A stretch of 64,000 nucleotides of DNA from Candidatus Omnitrophica bacterium UBA6253 (GTDB lineage: Bacteria > Omnitrophota > Gorgyraeia > Gygaellales > Profunditerraquicolaceae). Positions 49,161-60,825 of the stretch are shown in pieces (within the stretch, counting starts at the first letter, position 1; every line of letters begins with the position of its first letter). The stretch covers positions 1,215 through 65,214 of the forward strand of contig DJVP01000001.1 in the NCBI GenBank assembly GCA_002441245.1. Reading direction: 5' to 3'. The notes under the pieces are model-generated. The model was given only the letters and a program-made list of their open reading frames with translations, ran no database searches and had not been told where the DNA came from. The position numbers were made by a program, and so were the translations under genes.

Positions 49161-51399
49161 ACTTTTGAATTTCAATAGAGTATGCTTTTCCGCTGCCATG
49201 CTGCTATTTGTTCTTTTCTCTTGCGTAAATTTATCAATTGCCGCGGAGAATAAGGAATCTCCTATAATTATTAATGGGGATAATGTAGAGTATTCTGCTG
49301 ACAATAAAGAGGTTATTGCAACTGGTAATATTGAAGTTATTTATAAGGGCTCAAAATTAACCTGCAACAAACTAAAGGTTAATATGCAGTCAAAGGAAGG
49401 TTTGGCAGAAGGCAATGCCCGGCTTGAAGATGGAAATGGGGTGGTTACCGGAGAAAGAATAGTTTATGATTTTACGAATAAGACCGGGATAATCTATAAC
49501 GCTGATTTTCGCGCCAATCCCTATTTTGGGAAAGCCAATAAAGTTGAGAAAGTAAGCGACAGCGAATTTGTGGCAAAGGGCGGTTATTTTACTACCTGCA
49601 GCCTGGATCATCCGCATTTTCGCCTGGCTTCGAAGAAAATAAGTATGTTTCCCGGGGATAAAGTGCAATCTAAACAGACCACGCTTTATCTGGGGGCTGT
49701 GCCGCTTGTTTATCTGCCGCAATTTAACTATTCAATGAAAGAGCCGATCATGCACGTGCAGGTTGAGCCGGGTACGCGCAAGGATTGGGGCCCGTATCTT
49801 TTGAGCGCATGGCGTTATAATCTTACTGAAAAGTTAAATGCAAAGGTTTTCCTTGACTACCGCAGTAAATTGGGTTGGGGGGAAGGTTTTGAATTGAACT
49901 ATATAAAAACCCTGGTTGGCAGGGGTGATTTCAAATTTTACTATGCTGATGAAAAACCCGATAGCCAGCCGGCAGGGGCGCCAACGGAGTTTCAGCGTTA
50001 TTTTATGCGCTGGCGCCATAAATGGGATATTGATGAACGTACTAATGTTGTCGCAGAGCTCTATAAGATTAGCGATGAAAGATGGAAATATGAGAATACT
50101 CCTGAAAATCGCAACGAGCATACAATTTTACAGGATTATTTTTTCCGGGAATATGAGCAAGATACTGAGCCATTGAGCTATGCCCTTTTTCACCATTCTT
50201 TTAATTACTCTAGCATAGATATTCTCCTGCAGAAACGGACTAATCACTGGTTTGACCAGCTGGATAAGATGCCGGAGATAAATTATAATCTTCCGAGCTT
50301 GCAATTAGGGGAAAGCCCGTTATATTTTGAGAATTCAACTCAATTTGGCTCCTATAACAAGAAAGCCACTACAGATCCGGTTACCACTGATGATGTTACT
50401 TCAACCCGGCTTGACACAACCAACAAGGTTTCTTTGCCTATGAAAATAGGTTTTATTCAATTTAAACCTTTTCTATCCAGCCGCCAGACTTTCTATGATA
50501 AAGGCGCAAACGGCCAAAGCGGAATTATCAGGACTATTTTCTATAGCGGCGCGGATATGAGCACTAAGTTTTACCGTATTTATAATGCTAAAACTAATTT
50601 TCTCAAGTTAGATATCAACGGTTTACGCCATATTATTACTCCTAGTATTGGATATATATATACGCATGTGCCTACTATTCCGGGAAGCAACATCAGGCAA
50701 ATTGACAGCGTTGATTCCATTACACGAGGCAATACTGCTTCTTTGGGTTTGTCCAATAAATTGCAGACTAAACGTAACGGCCAGGTTGTGGATTTTGTGG
50801 ATTTCAGGGTTACTACCGACTATGTTATTAATCCTAAATCTGGCTCTAATACAGGTTCAGATGGAGTTGTTTTCTATAATAATGGCATACTCAGGAATAC
50901 CGGAAAGAAATTGGAAAGCCAGCTTTCAGATTTACTTTTTGAATTAAAGGTACTTCCTTATTCCTGGGTCCGTTTTGAAGCTGATGCTACTTATGAACAC
51001 TCTGATCATGATAACGTAAACTATAGCAAGTTTTCTTTAGCCAGCTATGATTTGATTTTTGATTTAGCTAAAGAGCGTTCATTTAGTATTGGCCAGCGTT
51101 ATGAAAGAAAGGGAAAGAATGAGGTTACTCTTGGTTTTAATTGGCGCTTAACCCCCAAGTGGAGATTTAAGATGTATCAACGTTATAACTTTAAGCAAAC
51201 ATCTGCGCTTGACCGGGGTTCACAGGAGCAAGAGTATACCTTTACCCGGGATTTGCATTGCTGGGATCTTGATGTTACTTTAAACAAAAAAGAGGATACC
51301 GGCACTACCATATTCTTTACCTTCAGGCTTAAGGCTTTCCCTGAAAATGAATTCGGTTTTGACCAGTCAATGTCTGAAAAGAAATCCGGATCGCAGTAA
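49150..51399 (+). CDS. lptD: LPS-assembly protein LptD (OstA family)
   Basis: A signal peptide is followed by an OstA_N beta-jellyroll ([38 protein letters not shown]) and a large C-terminal beta-barrel-like region. Confidence 0.75.
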   Translation: MLNRLLNFNRVCFSAAMLLFVLFSCVNLSIAAENKESPIIINGDNVEYSADNKEVIATGNIEVIYKGSKLTCNKLKVNMQSKEGLAEGNARLEDGNGVVTGERIVYDFTNKTGIIYNADFRANPYFGKANKVEKVSDSEFVAKGGYFTTCSLDHPHFRLASKKISMFPGDKVQSKQTTLYLGAVPLVYLPQFNYSMKEPIMHVQVEPGTRKDWGPYLLSAWRYNLTEKLNAKVFLDYRSKLGWGEGFELNYIKTLVGRGDFKFYYADEKPDSQPAGAPTEFQRYFMRWRHKWDIDERTNVVAELYKISDERWKYENTPENRNEHTILQDYFFREYEQDTEPLSYALFHHSFNYSSIDILLQKRTNHWFDQLDKMPEINYNLPSLQLGESPLYFENSTQFGSYNKKATTDPVTTDDVTSTRLDTTNKVSLPMKIGFIQFKPFLSSRQTFYDKGANGQSGIIRTIFYSGADMSTKFYRIYNAKTNFLKLDINGLRHIITPSIGYIYTHVPTIPGSNIRQIDSVDSITRGNTASLGLSNKLQTKRNGQVVDFVDFRVTTDYVINPKSGSNTGSDGVVFYNNGILRNTGKKLESQLSDLLFELKVLPYSWVRFEADATYEHSDHDNVNYSKFSLASYDLIFDLAKERSFSIGQRYERKGKNEVTLGFNWRLTPKWRFKMYQRYNFKQTSALDRGSQEQEYTFTRDLHCWDLDVTLNKKEDTGTTIFFTFRLKAFPENEFGFDQSMSEKKSGSQ

Positions 51400-51426
51400 A
51401 ATCCCGAGAATCTAAAAGGTGCCCAA

Positions 51427-52725
51427 ATGAATATCTCAATTATCGGTTCAGGTTATGTAGGCTTAGTTACAGGGGCCTGTTTTGCCGAGTTGGGTAATAA
51501 AGTTATTTGCGCTGATAATAACGCCAAGAAAATTTCTCTTCTTAAAAATGGCATAGTGCCTATTTATGAGCCTGGTCTGGAGGAGATGGTCAGGCTAAAT
51601 CTTAAAAACAAAAGGCTTAAATTTACCTCAAGTATCAGGGCTGCTGTTAAGGCTAGCGAAGTTATTTTTATTGCCGTTGGTACGCCAGCGTTTGGAAACG
51701 GCGAGGCGGATTTGACCGGTATAGAGAATGTTGCCCGTAGCATTGCGCAGAATATTGACGGGTACCGTTTGATTGTTGAGAAATCTACTGTGCCGGTTGA
51801 AACCTGCGCCTGGGTAAAGAAGACAATTTTTACTTATATTAGAAAGGGTTATAAATTTGATGTGGTTTCTAACCCTGAATTTTTAAGGGAAGGCTCAGCG
51901 ATAAATGATTTTATCCATCCTGACCGCATTATTTTAGGCGTAGAAAGCGCCAAGGCAAAGCAGATTATGTCTGATTTGTACCGGCCTTTGAACCGGCCCA
52001 TTTTAATTACCAACATAAAATCAGCTGAGCTGATTAAACATGCGTCTAATGCCTTTTTAGCTACCAAGATTTCGTTTATCAACGCTATATCCCGTATTTG
52101 TGACAAGGTGGGCGCGGATATAAAAGAGGTTGCTCAGGGTATGGGTTTAGATAACCGTATCGGACGCTATTTTCTGCATGCGGGAATAGGCTATGGCGGT
52201 TCCTGTTTCCCGAAGGATCTCGAGGCTTTTATAAATATCTCCGAAAAACTAGGTTATGATTTTCAAATTCTTAAGGCAGTAAGAGATACCAACGAAGAAC
52301 AAAAGAAATTTGTTTTGCAGAAAATCAAAGATGAATTATGGATTATAAAGGGTAAGACTATAGCTGTATTGGGGCTTGCCTTTAAGCCTAATACCGATGA
52401 TTTGAGAAATGCCCCAAGTATTGACTTGGTTAAAGCCTTAATCCAGGAAGGGGCAAGGGTTAAAGTTTATGACCCCAAGGCGATGGGGAAGGCAAGGGAA
52501 ACCTTAAAAAATGTCATATTCTGTAAAGATCTTTATCAGGCTGCTAATTCTGCTGATTGCCTTGTAGTGGCCACGGAATGGAATGAATTCAAGGAGCTGG
52601 ATTTTACCAGATTAAAGAAGTCGCTTAAGCGGCTGTTGGTTGTTGACGCAAGAAATATATATGATCCAAAGTTACTTAAAGCTTTGGGTTTTACCTATAT
52701 TGGAGTGGGCAGGGGAAATGGATAG
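51427..52725 (+). CDS. ugd: UDP-glucose 6-dehydrogenase
   Basis: The Rossmann fold is ISIIGSGYVGLVTG, the catalytic Cys lies in GYGGSCFPKD, and the UDPG_MGDP_dh C-domain is present. Confidence 0.8.
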   Translation: MNISIIGSGYVGLVTGACFAELGNKVICADNNAKKISLLKNGIVPIYEPGLEEMVRLNLKNKRLKFTSSIRAAVKASEVIFIAVGTPAFGNGEADLTGIENVARSIAQNIDGYRLIVEKSTVPVETCAWVKKTIFTYIRKGYKFDVVSNPEFLREGSAINDFIHPDRIILGVESAKAKQIMSDLYRPLNRPILITNIKSAELIKHASNAFLATKISFINAISRICDKVGADIKEVAQGMGLDNRIGRYFLHAGIGYGGSCFPKDLEAFINISEKLGYDFQILKAVRDTNEEQKKFVLQKIKDELWIIKGKTIAVLGLAFKPNTDDLRNAPSIDLVKALIQEGARVKVYDPKAMGKARETLKNVIFCKDLYQAANSADCLVVATEWNEFKELDFTRLKKSLKRLLVVDARNIYDPKLLKALGFTYIGVGRGNG

Positions 52726-54028
52726 GGCTATCCTGGATTTAAACAGAAAGATAAAAGAAAACCGGTTGAAAATAGCGGTGGTAGGCTTAGGATATGTGGG
52801 GTTTCCTCTGGCTCTAGAGTTTGCCAGAAAACGCGTTTCAGTAACCGGTATCGAAATTGACCGCGACCGGCTCAAATCTATCATAAATAAGGTTTCCTAT
52901 ATTAGCGATATCAGCAATAAAGAATTAAGGGGCTGTTTGGATGGCGGTTATTTTAAAGCCAGCCCGGATTTTTCAGATATTAAAAATGCAGATGCGATCC
53001 TGATATGCGTTCCTACTCCGCTTAAGGGCAAAAACCTGCCGGATATCTCGTTCATAAAAAACGCCGTAAAAGAAGCGGCGCTGCATATAAAGAAAGGTGC
53101 GCTTGTGATTTTAGAAAGCACAACTTATCCAGGGACAACGGAGGAGGAGATCCTGCCGATTTTTCAAGGCCATGGTTTTGTGCATAATAGAGATTTCTAT
53201 CTTTGCTTTTCTCCTGAAAGGATTGACCCGGGCAATAAAAAATTTCCGGTGCAGAAGATCCCTAAGGTTGTCGGAGGGCTAAGCCCTAAAGCCACCAGCT
53301 TGGCGATGTTAGTATATGGAGTTATTATTAAAAAGGTAGTCCCTGTAAGCAGCGCGCGATGCGCCGAAACAGTAAAACTTCTTGAGAATACATTTCGCCT
53401 GATCAATATCGGTTTAATTGATGAGTTATCAATGATGGCGCATAAAATGAAGATTGATATTTGGGAAGTAGTCCAGGCTGCCAGCACAAAACCTTTTGGT
53501 TTTATGCCTTTTTATCCCGGGCCCGGAGTAGGCGGGCACTGCATTCCTAAGGACCCGCTGTATTTGCACTGGAAGGCAAAAAGTTTTGGTTTTCATTCGC
53601 GCTTTATCAGGCTCGCTTCAGATGTAATAAATTATATGCCTGAATATATCGTAAAAAGGATTAAGAATGCCCTAAGCCGGAGAAACAAGAAGATTGAGAA
53701 TTCAAGAATACTTATTATGGGGGTTACGTATAAAAAAGATGTGAAAGATTTGCGCAAGTCTCCAAGCGTTGATGTGATCAACAGCTTAAGAAGGCATGGG
53801 GCTAAGGTTGCTTATTCGGACCCATTTATCCCTTTTCTTAAGCTGAAGGATATTGATTTAAAATCAGTGGTGTTGAATGATAAAGAAATCAAGAAGTTTG
53901 ATTGTATCCTGATTGCTACCGACCATTCGGCAGTAAATTATCCGGAGTTATTGAAAAATGCTAAATTAATATTTGATTCCAGGAATGTTTTTAAAGGCGG
54001 TCATAAAGAAAAGGTAGAGCGATTATGA
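52718..54028 (+). CDS. UDP-N-acetyl-D-hexosamine 6-dehydrogenase-like nucleotide-sugar dehydrogenase (WbpA/WecC/Cap5O type)
   Basis: KIAVVGLGYVGFPLAL and GPGVGGHCIPKD are present. The ATG at 52718 overlaps the ugd stop by 8 nt. Confidence 0.7.
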   Translation: MDRAILDLNRKIKENRLKIAVVGLGYVGFPLALEFARKRVSVTGIEIDRDRLKSIINKVSYISDISNKELRGCLDGGYFKASPDFSDIKNADAILICVPTPLKGKNLPDISFIKNAVKEAALHIKKGALVILESTTYPGTTEEEILPIFQGHGFVHNRDFYLCFSPERIDPGNKKFPVQKIPKVVGGLSPKATSLAMLVYGVIIKKVVPVSSARCAETVKLLENTFRLINIGLIDELSMMAHKMKIDIWEVVQAASTKPFGFMPFYPGPGVGGHCIPKDPLYLHWKAKSFGFHSRFIRLASDVINYMPEYIVKRIKNALSRRNKKIENSRILIMGVTYKKDVKDLRKSPSVDVINSLRRHGAKVAYSDPFIPFLKLKDIDLKSVVLNDKEIKKFDCILIATDHSAVNYPELLKNAKLIFDSRNVFKGGHKEKVERL

Positions 54029-54960
54029 GCAGGTTTTTAGTAACTGGAGGAGCGGGCTTTATCGGTTCGCATATTGTTGATGGATTGATTAGAAAAAAGC
54101 ACTACGTGCGGGTGTTGGATAATTTTTCAAGCGGCAGGATTTTTAACCTTAGAGGCTTAGAAAAAGAAATTGATTTAATCAGAGGGGATATTTGTTCGCC
54201 AAGCGTATGCTCTAAAGCAACAAGAGGGATGGATTTTGTGCTGCATCAGGCTGCATTAAGAAGTGTCCCTAAGTCGATGAAAGACCCGCAGGCATACAAC
54301 CGGGTTAACATTGATGGTACATTGAATATGCTTGAGGCGGCAAGAAATAGCAGGGTTAAACGTTTTGTTTTTGCTTCATCGAGTTCAGTTTATGGGCAGG
54401 TAGATTCCTTTCCTGAAAAAGAAAGTTTTATTCCTGAGCCCATCTCACCATACGCGCTAAGTAAATTAGCGGGCGAATATTATTGCAGGATATTTAGTTT
54501 GCATTATGGTTTGCCCGCAGTTGCCCTGCGCTATTTTAATGTTTTTGGCCCTCGGCAGCCCCTTGACGATGAATATGCGGTGGTCATCCCAAAGTTTATC
54601 AATTGCCTGTTGCATAATCATCGACCGCCGATTTTTGGCAGCGGCAAGCAGTCACGCGATTTTACCTTTGTTCAAAATGTAGTGCAAGCCAATCTTTTAG
54701 CTGTAAAGGCAAATAAAATAAAGTACGGTGTATTTAATATAGCCGGAGGCAAGGATACTACAATATTGGATTTAGTTAAGATGATAAATAAAATTTTAGG
54801 AAAAAGTATTCCGCCTCTATTACTTGACAGCCGTCCAGGAGATGTATTCAGGACATTGGCAGATATTGGGGCTTCAGCTAAAATCCTGCGATTTAAGCCT
54901 GCGATTAATTTTGCAGAAGGGTTGAGGATTACTGTTGATTATTGGAAGAAAAATGCGTAA
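54025..54960 (+). CDS. NAD-dependent nucleotide-sugar epimerase (WbpP/TviC-like short-chain dehydrogenase)
   Basis: [13 protein letters not shown] is present, along with YxxxK in YALSKLAGE. Confidence 0.7.
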   Translation: MSRFLVTGGAGFIGSHIVDGLIRKKHYVRVLDNFSSGRIFNLRGLEKEIDLIRGDICSPSVCSKATRGMDFVLHQAALRSVPKSMKDPQAYNRVNIDGTLNMLEAARNSRVKRFVFASSSSVYGQVDSFPEKESFIPEPISPYALSKLAGEYYCRIFSLHYGLPAVALRYFNVFGPRQPLDDEYAVVIPKFINCLLHNHRPPIFGSGKQSRDFTFVQNVVQANLLAVKANKIKYGVFNIAGGKDTTILDLVKMINKILGKSIPPLLLDSRPGDVFRTLADIGASAKILRFKPAINFAEGLRITVDYWKKNA

Positions 54961-55885
54961 AAAAACCGTCTTAATTACCGGAGGTGCAGGTTTTATCGGC
55001 TCGCACATGTGCGAAAAGCTGCTCAATAATAATTATGCTGTAATATGCCTGGATAACTTTGCCACCGGATCAACAGAGAATATCAAGGTATTGCTCAAGC
55101 ATAAGAATTTTCGTTTTGATAAGCGTGATGTCTCAAATTATATTGATATTCCGGGCAGGATAGATTATGTATTGCATTGTGCTTCATTGGCTTCTCCGAA
55201 GGATTACCTTGATTTCCCGATACAAACTTTAAAGGTTGGTTCTTTAGGTACGCATAATGCCTTAGGTTTAGCCAAAAATAAGAAATCCACATTTCTTCTG
55301 TTTTCTACTTCGGAGGTTTATGGTGATCCATTGGCCCATCCCCAGAAGGAAACTTATTGGGGGAATGTTAATTCTATAGGGGTCCGCGGCTGTTATGATG
55401 AATCCAAGCGTTTTTCCGAGGCCCTTACGATGGCCTATCATCGTGTGCATAATCTGGATACGAAGATTGTGCGTATCTTTAATACTTATGGCCCCAGGAT
55501 GCGCCATAATGATGGCAGGGTAATTCCTAATTTTATATCGTCTGCTATAAACAATAAGCCCTTAGTTATTTATGGAAATGGCCGGCAGACGCGAAGTTTC
55601 TGTTATATTGATGATTTACTGGACGGTTTACTACGTCTGATGCTTTCAAAAACAAATGAGCCTGTGAATTTAGGTAATCCTGATGAATTTACTATACTGG
55701 AACTAGCAAAACTGGTTTTAAAGATAACTAAGTCAAAGAGCAAGATAACCTATAAACAACTTCCTGTTGATGATCCCCGCCAGCGCCAGCCTGATATCAG
55801 TAAAGCCAGGAAGTTACTTTCCTGGGGACCTTATATTTGCCTGCATGAGGGGCTTGAGCGTACTATATCCTGGTTTAAGAGGTAA
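54953..55885 (+). CDS. UDP-glucuronate decarboxylase (UDP-xylose synthase-like)
   Basis: [28 protein letters not shown] and a UXS-like C-terminus are present. The ATG at 54953 overlaps the upstream stop. Confidence 0.7.
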   Translation: MRKKTVLITGGAGFIGSHMCEKLLNNNYAVICLDNFATGSTENIKVLLKHKNFRFDKRDVSNYIDIPGRIDYVLHCASLASPKDYLDFPIQTLKVGSLGTHNALGLAKNKKSTFLLFSTSEVYGDPLAHPQKETYWGNVNSIGVRGCYDESKRFSEALTMAYHRVHNLDTKIVRIFNTYGPRMRHNDGRVIPNFISSAINNKPLVIYGNGRQTRSFCYIDDLLDGLLRLMLSKTNEPVNLGNPDEFTILELAKLVLKITKSKSKITYKQLPVDDPRQRQPDISKARKLLSWGPYICLHEGLERTISWFKR

Positions 55886-55959
55886 AAGAAAGCCCTTTCC
55901 TTGACAAGTCACCTGAATATATGTTATACTTTCGAATATTTAAATAATAGGAGGATATA

Positions 55960-56541
55960 ATGCTTATAAATGTTTTTCAGCAATTTAATTTTCTGGATAT
56001 ACTTATTCTAATTATAATATTTAGAATAAGTTACATTGCTGTTAAAATGGGGCTTGTCATAGAATTTTTTAAGTTACTTGGCATACTATTTGCGATATAT
56101 ACCGCTTCGCATTATTACACCTATCTTTCGGATATTGTTCAGCATTGGTACATCTCTAAGATTATGCCGCTTGAGTTTATGGATTTCATAATTTTTACTA
56201 TTTTGGCTGGTGCAGTATATTTGGTTTTTGTTTTTTTACGCAGCACCTTCTATCGTTTTATGAAATTAGAGGCGGCCCCCAAGCTTAATAAATACGGCGG
56301 TCTTATTTTAGGTTTGGCGCGTAGTTATTTTACCGTAGGTTTGTTGATGTATATATTGTTGATCTCAAGCGTAAGTTATCTCAGTAGTTCGGTTAAGAAT
56401 TCTTATTTAGGCAGCAGGTTTTCATCAGTTTCTGCTCAAACATATAAGTGGTTTTGGGATAGTATTTTTTCTAAAATTTCCCCCCAAGAAAAGCCCAACT
56501 CTGTCGTAGCAGAAGTCAGGGATAACTCTATAAAAAAATGA
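55960..56541 (+). CDS. cvpA: CvpA-family membrane protein
   Basis: The N-terminus FNFLDILILIIIFRISYIAVKMG and a four-TM topology are typical of colicin V production protein CvpA. A TTGACA-N18-TATACT promoter lies upstream. Confidence 0.65.
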   Translation: MLINVFQQFNFLDILILIIIFRISYIAVKMGLVIEFFKLLGILFAIYTASHYYTYLSDIVQHWYISKIMPLEFMDFIIFTILAGAVYLVFVFLRSTFYRFMKLEAAPKLNKYGGLILGLARSYFTVGLLMYILLISSVSYLSSSVKNSYLGSRFSSVSAQTYKWFWDSIFSKISPQEKPNSVVAEVRDNSIKK

Positions 56542-57422
56542 AATTAATTGATTTTTACAATCAGGCGGTTAGTTTTGGACGGGCTGCTGACCCGCGCAAA
56601 AATAAGAGGGGTATTGTTTCTTTTCCGGATTCGGCAATTCTTTTTGGTAAGCCAAATACAGAAGTGAGAAAGATAATGGTTGGTATTGATATTGAGGTAG
56701 CTGAGCTTTTGCTTGCTGACCGTATCCGTGAAAAAGAAGGGTTGGATTTGGTAGTTGCCCATCATCCTGAGGGTAAGGCCTATGCGGGGTTGCATGAGGT
56801 CATGAGCCTACAGGTGGACCTATTAAGGCAGGCCGGTCTTGCCTATAAAACAGCTGTTAGCCTGCTTGAGAAAAGGATCTCGGAGGTAGAACGCAGGGTG
56901 TTGCCGCAAAACCATACCCGCCCTGTGGATGCGGCCAGGCTTTTAAATATGCCTTTTATTAATATGCATACTCCTGCTGATAATCATGTATATAGGTTCT
57001 TAGATAACCTTTTTAAGCAGAAGTCTACTGCGCCTTGTTTGGTGGGAGATGTAGTTAAAATATTAAAGACTATCCCTGAATATCAGATTGCCGATAAGTT
57101 TAATACCGGACCGCGTATCATTTTGGGTAATTCAAGAAGGCCCGTAGGCAAGATTTTGCTTGAAATGACAGGGGGTACTGAGGGGTCAAAAGATGTTTTT
57201 GGCAGATTATACAAGGCCGGGATAAGAACATTGGTTTCTATGCATTTAAGCGAAGAGCATCTTAAGAAGGTTAAAGATGCAAATCTTAATGTTGTTATTG
57301 CAGGGCATATATCCAGTGATACCCTGGGGTTAAATTTATTATTGGATAACATAGAAAAATCAGTAAAACAGCAATTCCAGGTGGTTTCCTGTTCCGGTTT
57401 TACCAGGATCAGAAGGGGCTAA
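56538..57422 (+). CDS. Nif3-like dinuclear metal-centre protein (YqfO/YbgI family)
   Basis: KIMVGIDIEVAELLLADRIREKEGLDLVVAHHPEG fits the NIF3 N-terminal metal-binding segment. Confidence 0.5.
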   Translation: MKLIDFYNQAVSFGRAADPRKNKRGIVSFPDSAILFGKPNTEVRKIMVGIDIEVAELLLADRIREKEGLDLVVAHHPEGKAYAGLHEVMSLQVDLLRQAGLAYKTAVSLLEKRISEVERRVLPQNHTRPVDAARLLNMPFINMHTPADNHVYRFLDNLFKQKSTAPCLVGDVVKILKTIPEYQIADKFNTGPRIILGNSRRPVGKILLEMTGGTEGSKDVFGRLYKAGIRTLVSMHLSEEHLKKVKDANLNVVIAGHISSDTLGLNLLLDNIEKSVKQQFQVVSCSGFTRIRRG

Positions 57423-57423
57423 G

Positions 57424-59190
57424 ATGTCTGCACGTATACCCGAAAATATATTAGAAGATGTGCTGAGCCGGGTTGATATAGTTGAAATCATTTCCGGGTA
57501 TATACCGCTTAAGAAAGCCGGCCGTAATTTTAAAGCCAATTGCCCATTCCATCATGAAAAAACCCCTTCTTTTACAGTTTCCCCTGATCGCCAGATTTAT
57601 CATTGTTTTGGCTGTGGTGAGTCAGGCAATGCTTTTAAATTCTTGATGCGTCATGAGAGAATGGAGTTTCCCGAGGCTGTTGAAGTATTGGCGAAGAAAG
57701 CCGGAGTTATCTTGCCTGAACAGGACAAACCGGAGATTTCCCGGCAGCTTAGTTTAACCAGTCAACTTTATAAAATTAATGAATTGGCGGCAAAATTTTA
57801 TGAAAGTATGCTACATGGGGCTGCCGCATCAGCCTGGCGCGATTATCTTTTAAGCCGAGGGATCAAGCTCCGGACGATTAAGGAGTTCCATCTTGGGTTG
57901 GCCCCCTCTGCCTGGGATAGCCTGATTAATTATCTAAGATCGAAAGGCATCAGTCTTTCTTTGATGGAGAAGGCCGGGTTGGTCTTGCCAAAAGAAGCAG
58001 GTGGTTATTATGACCGTTTCCGTAACCGTATTATTTTCCCAATTTTTGATATCCGCAGCCGCGTAATTGGTTTTGGTGCCAGGGTAATGGATAAAACTTT
58101 GCCTAAGTATATAAATTCTCCGGAGACTCCGGTTTACATTAAAGGCAAGAATTTCTTCGGTCTGAATTTATCCAAAGATTATATAAGGGAGAATGATTTT
58201 GCGGTAATTGTGGAAGGTTACCTGGATTTTATGATTCCATATCAGGAAGGCCTGAATAATGTCGTGGCTTCACAGGGGACCGCGCTTACCCTGGAACAGA
58301 TTAGATTGCTTAAGCGTTACACGCACAATGTAGTAATGATTTATGATGGCGATGCTGCCGGTGAAATAGCTACCTTAAGAAGCCTGGATATGCTTATTGA
58401 AGAAGGCCTAAATGTAAAAGTTGTTCCTCTCCCGAAAGGAATGGATCCTGATGCCCTGGTCCGCAGAGAGGGCATTAACATCTTGAAGTCTAAACTGCAG
58501 GATGCCAAAAGCCTCTTTGACTATAAATTGGAGGTTTTAAAATGTCGTCATGATATAAAAGACGCGCACGGTAAAAGTAAAATTGCAACTGAAATGCTCT
58601 CAACCATCAATAAATTTGACAATGCTATTCTTAGGGGGGAGTACGTAAAGAGGCTTTCGGAAGGAATCAAGATCCCGGAACATTATATACTTGAAGAGAT
58701 GAATAAACTAAAGCCAAATGTAACCGAACGTTCAGGCGAAGGTTTATGCGTTAAAAAATCAGTCTCGGGGATTAATCCTGCAGAAAAGCTTTTAATTAAG
58801 TTTATGCTTGAGGAAAAAGAGTTGATCGAGAGGATTATGCAGGAGCTTTCGCCTGCTGATTTCGCTGATACGCGTACAGCTAAGGTTGTTTCGGTAATGC
58901 AGGATTTGTTTACTCAGGGGAAAAATATTGAGCCTAGTATTTTGATGAATTACTTTAGCGAAGATGATGCCAGCCAGCTTGTTTGTGAGTCTATGTTTAT
59001 GCCGGAACTTTTGGGGCAGGATAGGGAAAAAGCCGTCAATGATTGTATCGCGCGCATTAAAGTGCAAAGGCTAAAATCTCAAAGAGAGCGTTTGCATATA
59101 CAGATAAAAAGCGCACAATCTTCAGGTGATGAGCAAAAATTAAACAGTCTTATTAAAGAATTTCATAATTTAATAAAGAAAGGCGAATAG
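57424..59190 (+). CDS. dnaG: DNA primase
   Basis: The Zn-ribbon [30 protein letters not shown] and the TOPRIM domain ([17 protein letters not shown]) are present. Confidence 0.9.
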   Translation: MSARIPENILEDVLSRVDIVEIISGYIPLKKAGRNFKANCPFHHEKTPSFTVSPDRQIYHCFGCGESGNAFKFLMRHERMEFPEAVEVLAKKAGVILPEQDKPEISRQLSLTSQLYKINELAAKFYESMLHGAAASAWRDYLLSRGIKLRTIKEFHLGLAPSAWDSLINYLRSKGISLSLMEKAGLVLPKEAGGYYDRFRNRIIFPIFDIRSRVIGFGARVMDKTLPKYINSPETPVYIKGKNFFGLNLSKDYIRENDFAVIVEGYLDFMIPYQEGLNNVVASQGTALTLEQIRLLKRYTHNVVMIYDGDAAGEIATLRSLDMLIEEGLNVKVVPLPKGMDPDALVRREGINILKSKLQDAKSLFDYKLEVLKCRHDIKDAHGKSKIATEMLSTINKFDNAILRGEYVKRLSEGIKIPEHYILEEMNKLKPNVTERSGEGLCVKKSVSGINPAEKLLIKFMLEEKELIERIMQELSPADFADTRTAKVVSVMQDLFTQGKNIEPSILMNYFSEDDASQLVCESMFMPELLGQDREKAVNDCIARIKVQRLKSQRERLHIQIKSAQSSGDEQKLNSLIKEFHNLIKKGE

Positions 59191-59192
59191 GG

Positions 59193-60746
59193 ATGAAGAA
59201 GAAAGAGCAGCCTACTAAAGATATGGAAAAGTTGATTGCCCTGGGTAAGCGCAAGGGGTTTCTTACCTACGATGAAGTAAATGATCTGCTGCCTGAGGAT
59301 CTTTCAAGCACTGTGGCTATTGACCATCTTTTTGAATTACTGGGGAATGAAGATATCCAGGTGGTCGAGGGGGAGGCTGATGCGGGTTTATCAGTGAACA
59401 GGGCGCAGCAGGATAAACAAACTTTGGCGCAGGCCCGGGATGAATTGTTGACTGAACAGCTTAAAAGCGAAGAACGTTTTATGCCTCTGGACGACCCGGT
59501 AAAGATGTATTTAAAACAGATGGGTTCTATTTCCCTCTTGAGCCGTGAAAACGAAATTGAATTGGCTAAGAAAATTGAGGAAGCAGAAGATAAATTTAAA
59601 CGCGTGGTTCTGGTTACTAAGTTTGCCAGGAATGAAGTCTTGGCTGTTGCTAATGACATCCTGGAAGATAAAATCAATATGGAAGAAGTGGTTAAAGAAG
59701 ATATTAAAATAAAGAAAAATAGCGTTATTGGAAGATTCAAGCGTTTTTTAGCTAAAGCCAAACATTCGCGCAGCGAGAACAACATTATTAACTTAATTTT
59801 ACAGCTTAACTTTACCACTTCTGTAATTGAAGCGGCGGTGCGCAAATTAAACGCCTTGCTTCGGGAATTGGAGCATATAAAGCGGTCCGGAAAGGATAGC
59901 AGGGAGCGTAAGTCTCAGATACTTAAAGAAATTGCTGAACCGCACAGTAAAATTAAGGAGCAGATGAAATTGGTAAGGTCTGCTCACCTTAAGTTTAGCC
60001 GCACAAAAAAGAAATTAGTGGAAGCAAATTTACGCTTGGTTGTAAGTATAGCCAAAAAATATACCAATCGCGGGCTCTCTTTCCTTGATTTGATCCAGGA
60101 AGGAAATATCGGCCTTATGCGCGCTGTGGAGAAATTTGAATATAAACGCGGTTATAAATTCTCAACTTACGCTACCTGGTGGATCAGGCAGGCGATCACA
60201 CGCTCAATTGCCGACCAGGCCCGTACGATTAGGATACCTGTTCATATGACTGAAACAATAAACAAAATAATCCGTTTTTCAAGGGTCTTTGTGCAAAAAA
60301 ATGGGCGTGAACCTACTCCTGAGGAAATTGCGCATAAAATGCGTTTTCCCCAAGGAAAAATAAAATCCATATTAAAGATTGCCCAAGAGCCCATATCTTT
60401 GCAGATGCCCATAGGAGATGAAGGGGATACACATTTTGGTGATTTCATCCAGGATAAGAAGGCGGTTTCTCCGGCTAATGAAACTGTGCGTTCAATGTTA
60501 AAAGACGAAATGAACTCCGCTTTAAGTACATTGACGGAAAGAGAAAAGAAAATCCTGATTTTGCGTTTTGGTATTTCCGATGGTTCCTCGCGCACATTAG
60601 AAGAGGTAGGGAATGTTTTTAAGGTTACACGTGAGAGGGTCAGGCAGATTGAGGCCAAGGCCTTAAAAAAACTTCGTCATCCTTCGCGTTCGCGTAGATT
60701 GCGTACTTTTATGGATATGACCTTAGCGCATCAGAGGGAGTATTAA
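59193..60746 (+). CDS. rpoD: RNA polymerase sigma factor RpoD (sigma-70)
   Basis: The rpoD box [27 protein letters not shown] is present, and the region-4 helix-turn-helix is [28 protein letters not shown]. Confidence 0.9.
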   Translation: MKKKEQPTKDMEKLIALGKRKGFLTYDEVNDLLPEDLSSTVAIDHLFELLGNEDIQVVEGEADAGLSVNRAQQDKQTLAQARDELLTEQLKSEERFMPLDDPVKMYLKQMGSISLLSRENEIELAKKIEEAEDKFKRVVLVTKFARNEVLAVANDILEDKINMEEVVKEDIKIKKNSVIGRFKRFLAKAKHSRSENNIINLILQLNFTTSVIEAAVRKLNALLRELEHIKRSGKDSRERKSQILKEIAEPHSKIKEQMKLVRSAHLKFSRTKKKLVEANLRLVVSIAKKYTNRGLSFLDLIQEGNIGLMRAVEKFEYKRGYKFSTYATWWIRQAITRSIADQARTIRIPVHMTETINKIIRFSRVFVQKNGREPTPEEIAHKMRFPQGKIKSILKIAQEPISLQMPIGDEGDTHFGDFIQDKKAVSPANETVRSMLKDEMNSALSTLTEREKKILILRFGISDGSSRTLEEVGNVFKVTRERVRQIEAKALKKLRHPSRSRRLRTFMDMTLAHQREY

Positions 60747-60777
60747 TACCCCTTTTTTCATACATAAACCATCTTAT

Positions 60778-60811
60778 AAGCAGCTTATCTTTTTGGATGG
60801 CTGCTTTTTAT
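60778..60811 (+). terminator. rho-independent terminator downstream of rpoD
   Basis: AAGCAGC, a 15-nt loop, and GCTGCTT are followed by TTTTT. Confidence 0.55.
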
Positions 60812-60825
60812 TAAATTAACCAAAT

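Noticed and set aside
59267-59845. A 192-aa minus-strand ORF inside rpoD and a 170-aa minus-strand ORF at 60913-61425 inside the PAS-GGDEF gene
   Set aside because: The opposite-strand frames of highly conserved genes are well supported, and these ORFs have Ser/Leu-rich low-complexity translations with no domain signatures.
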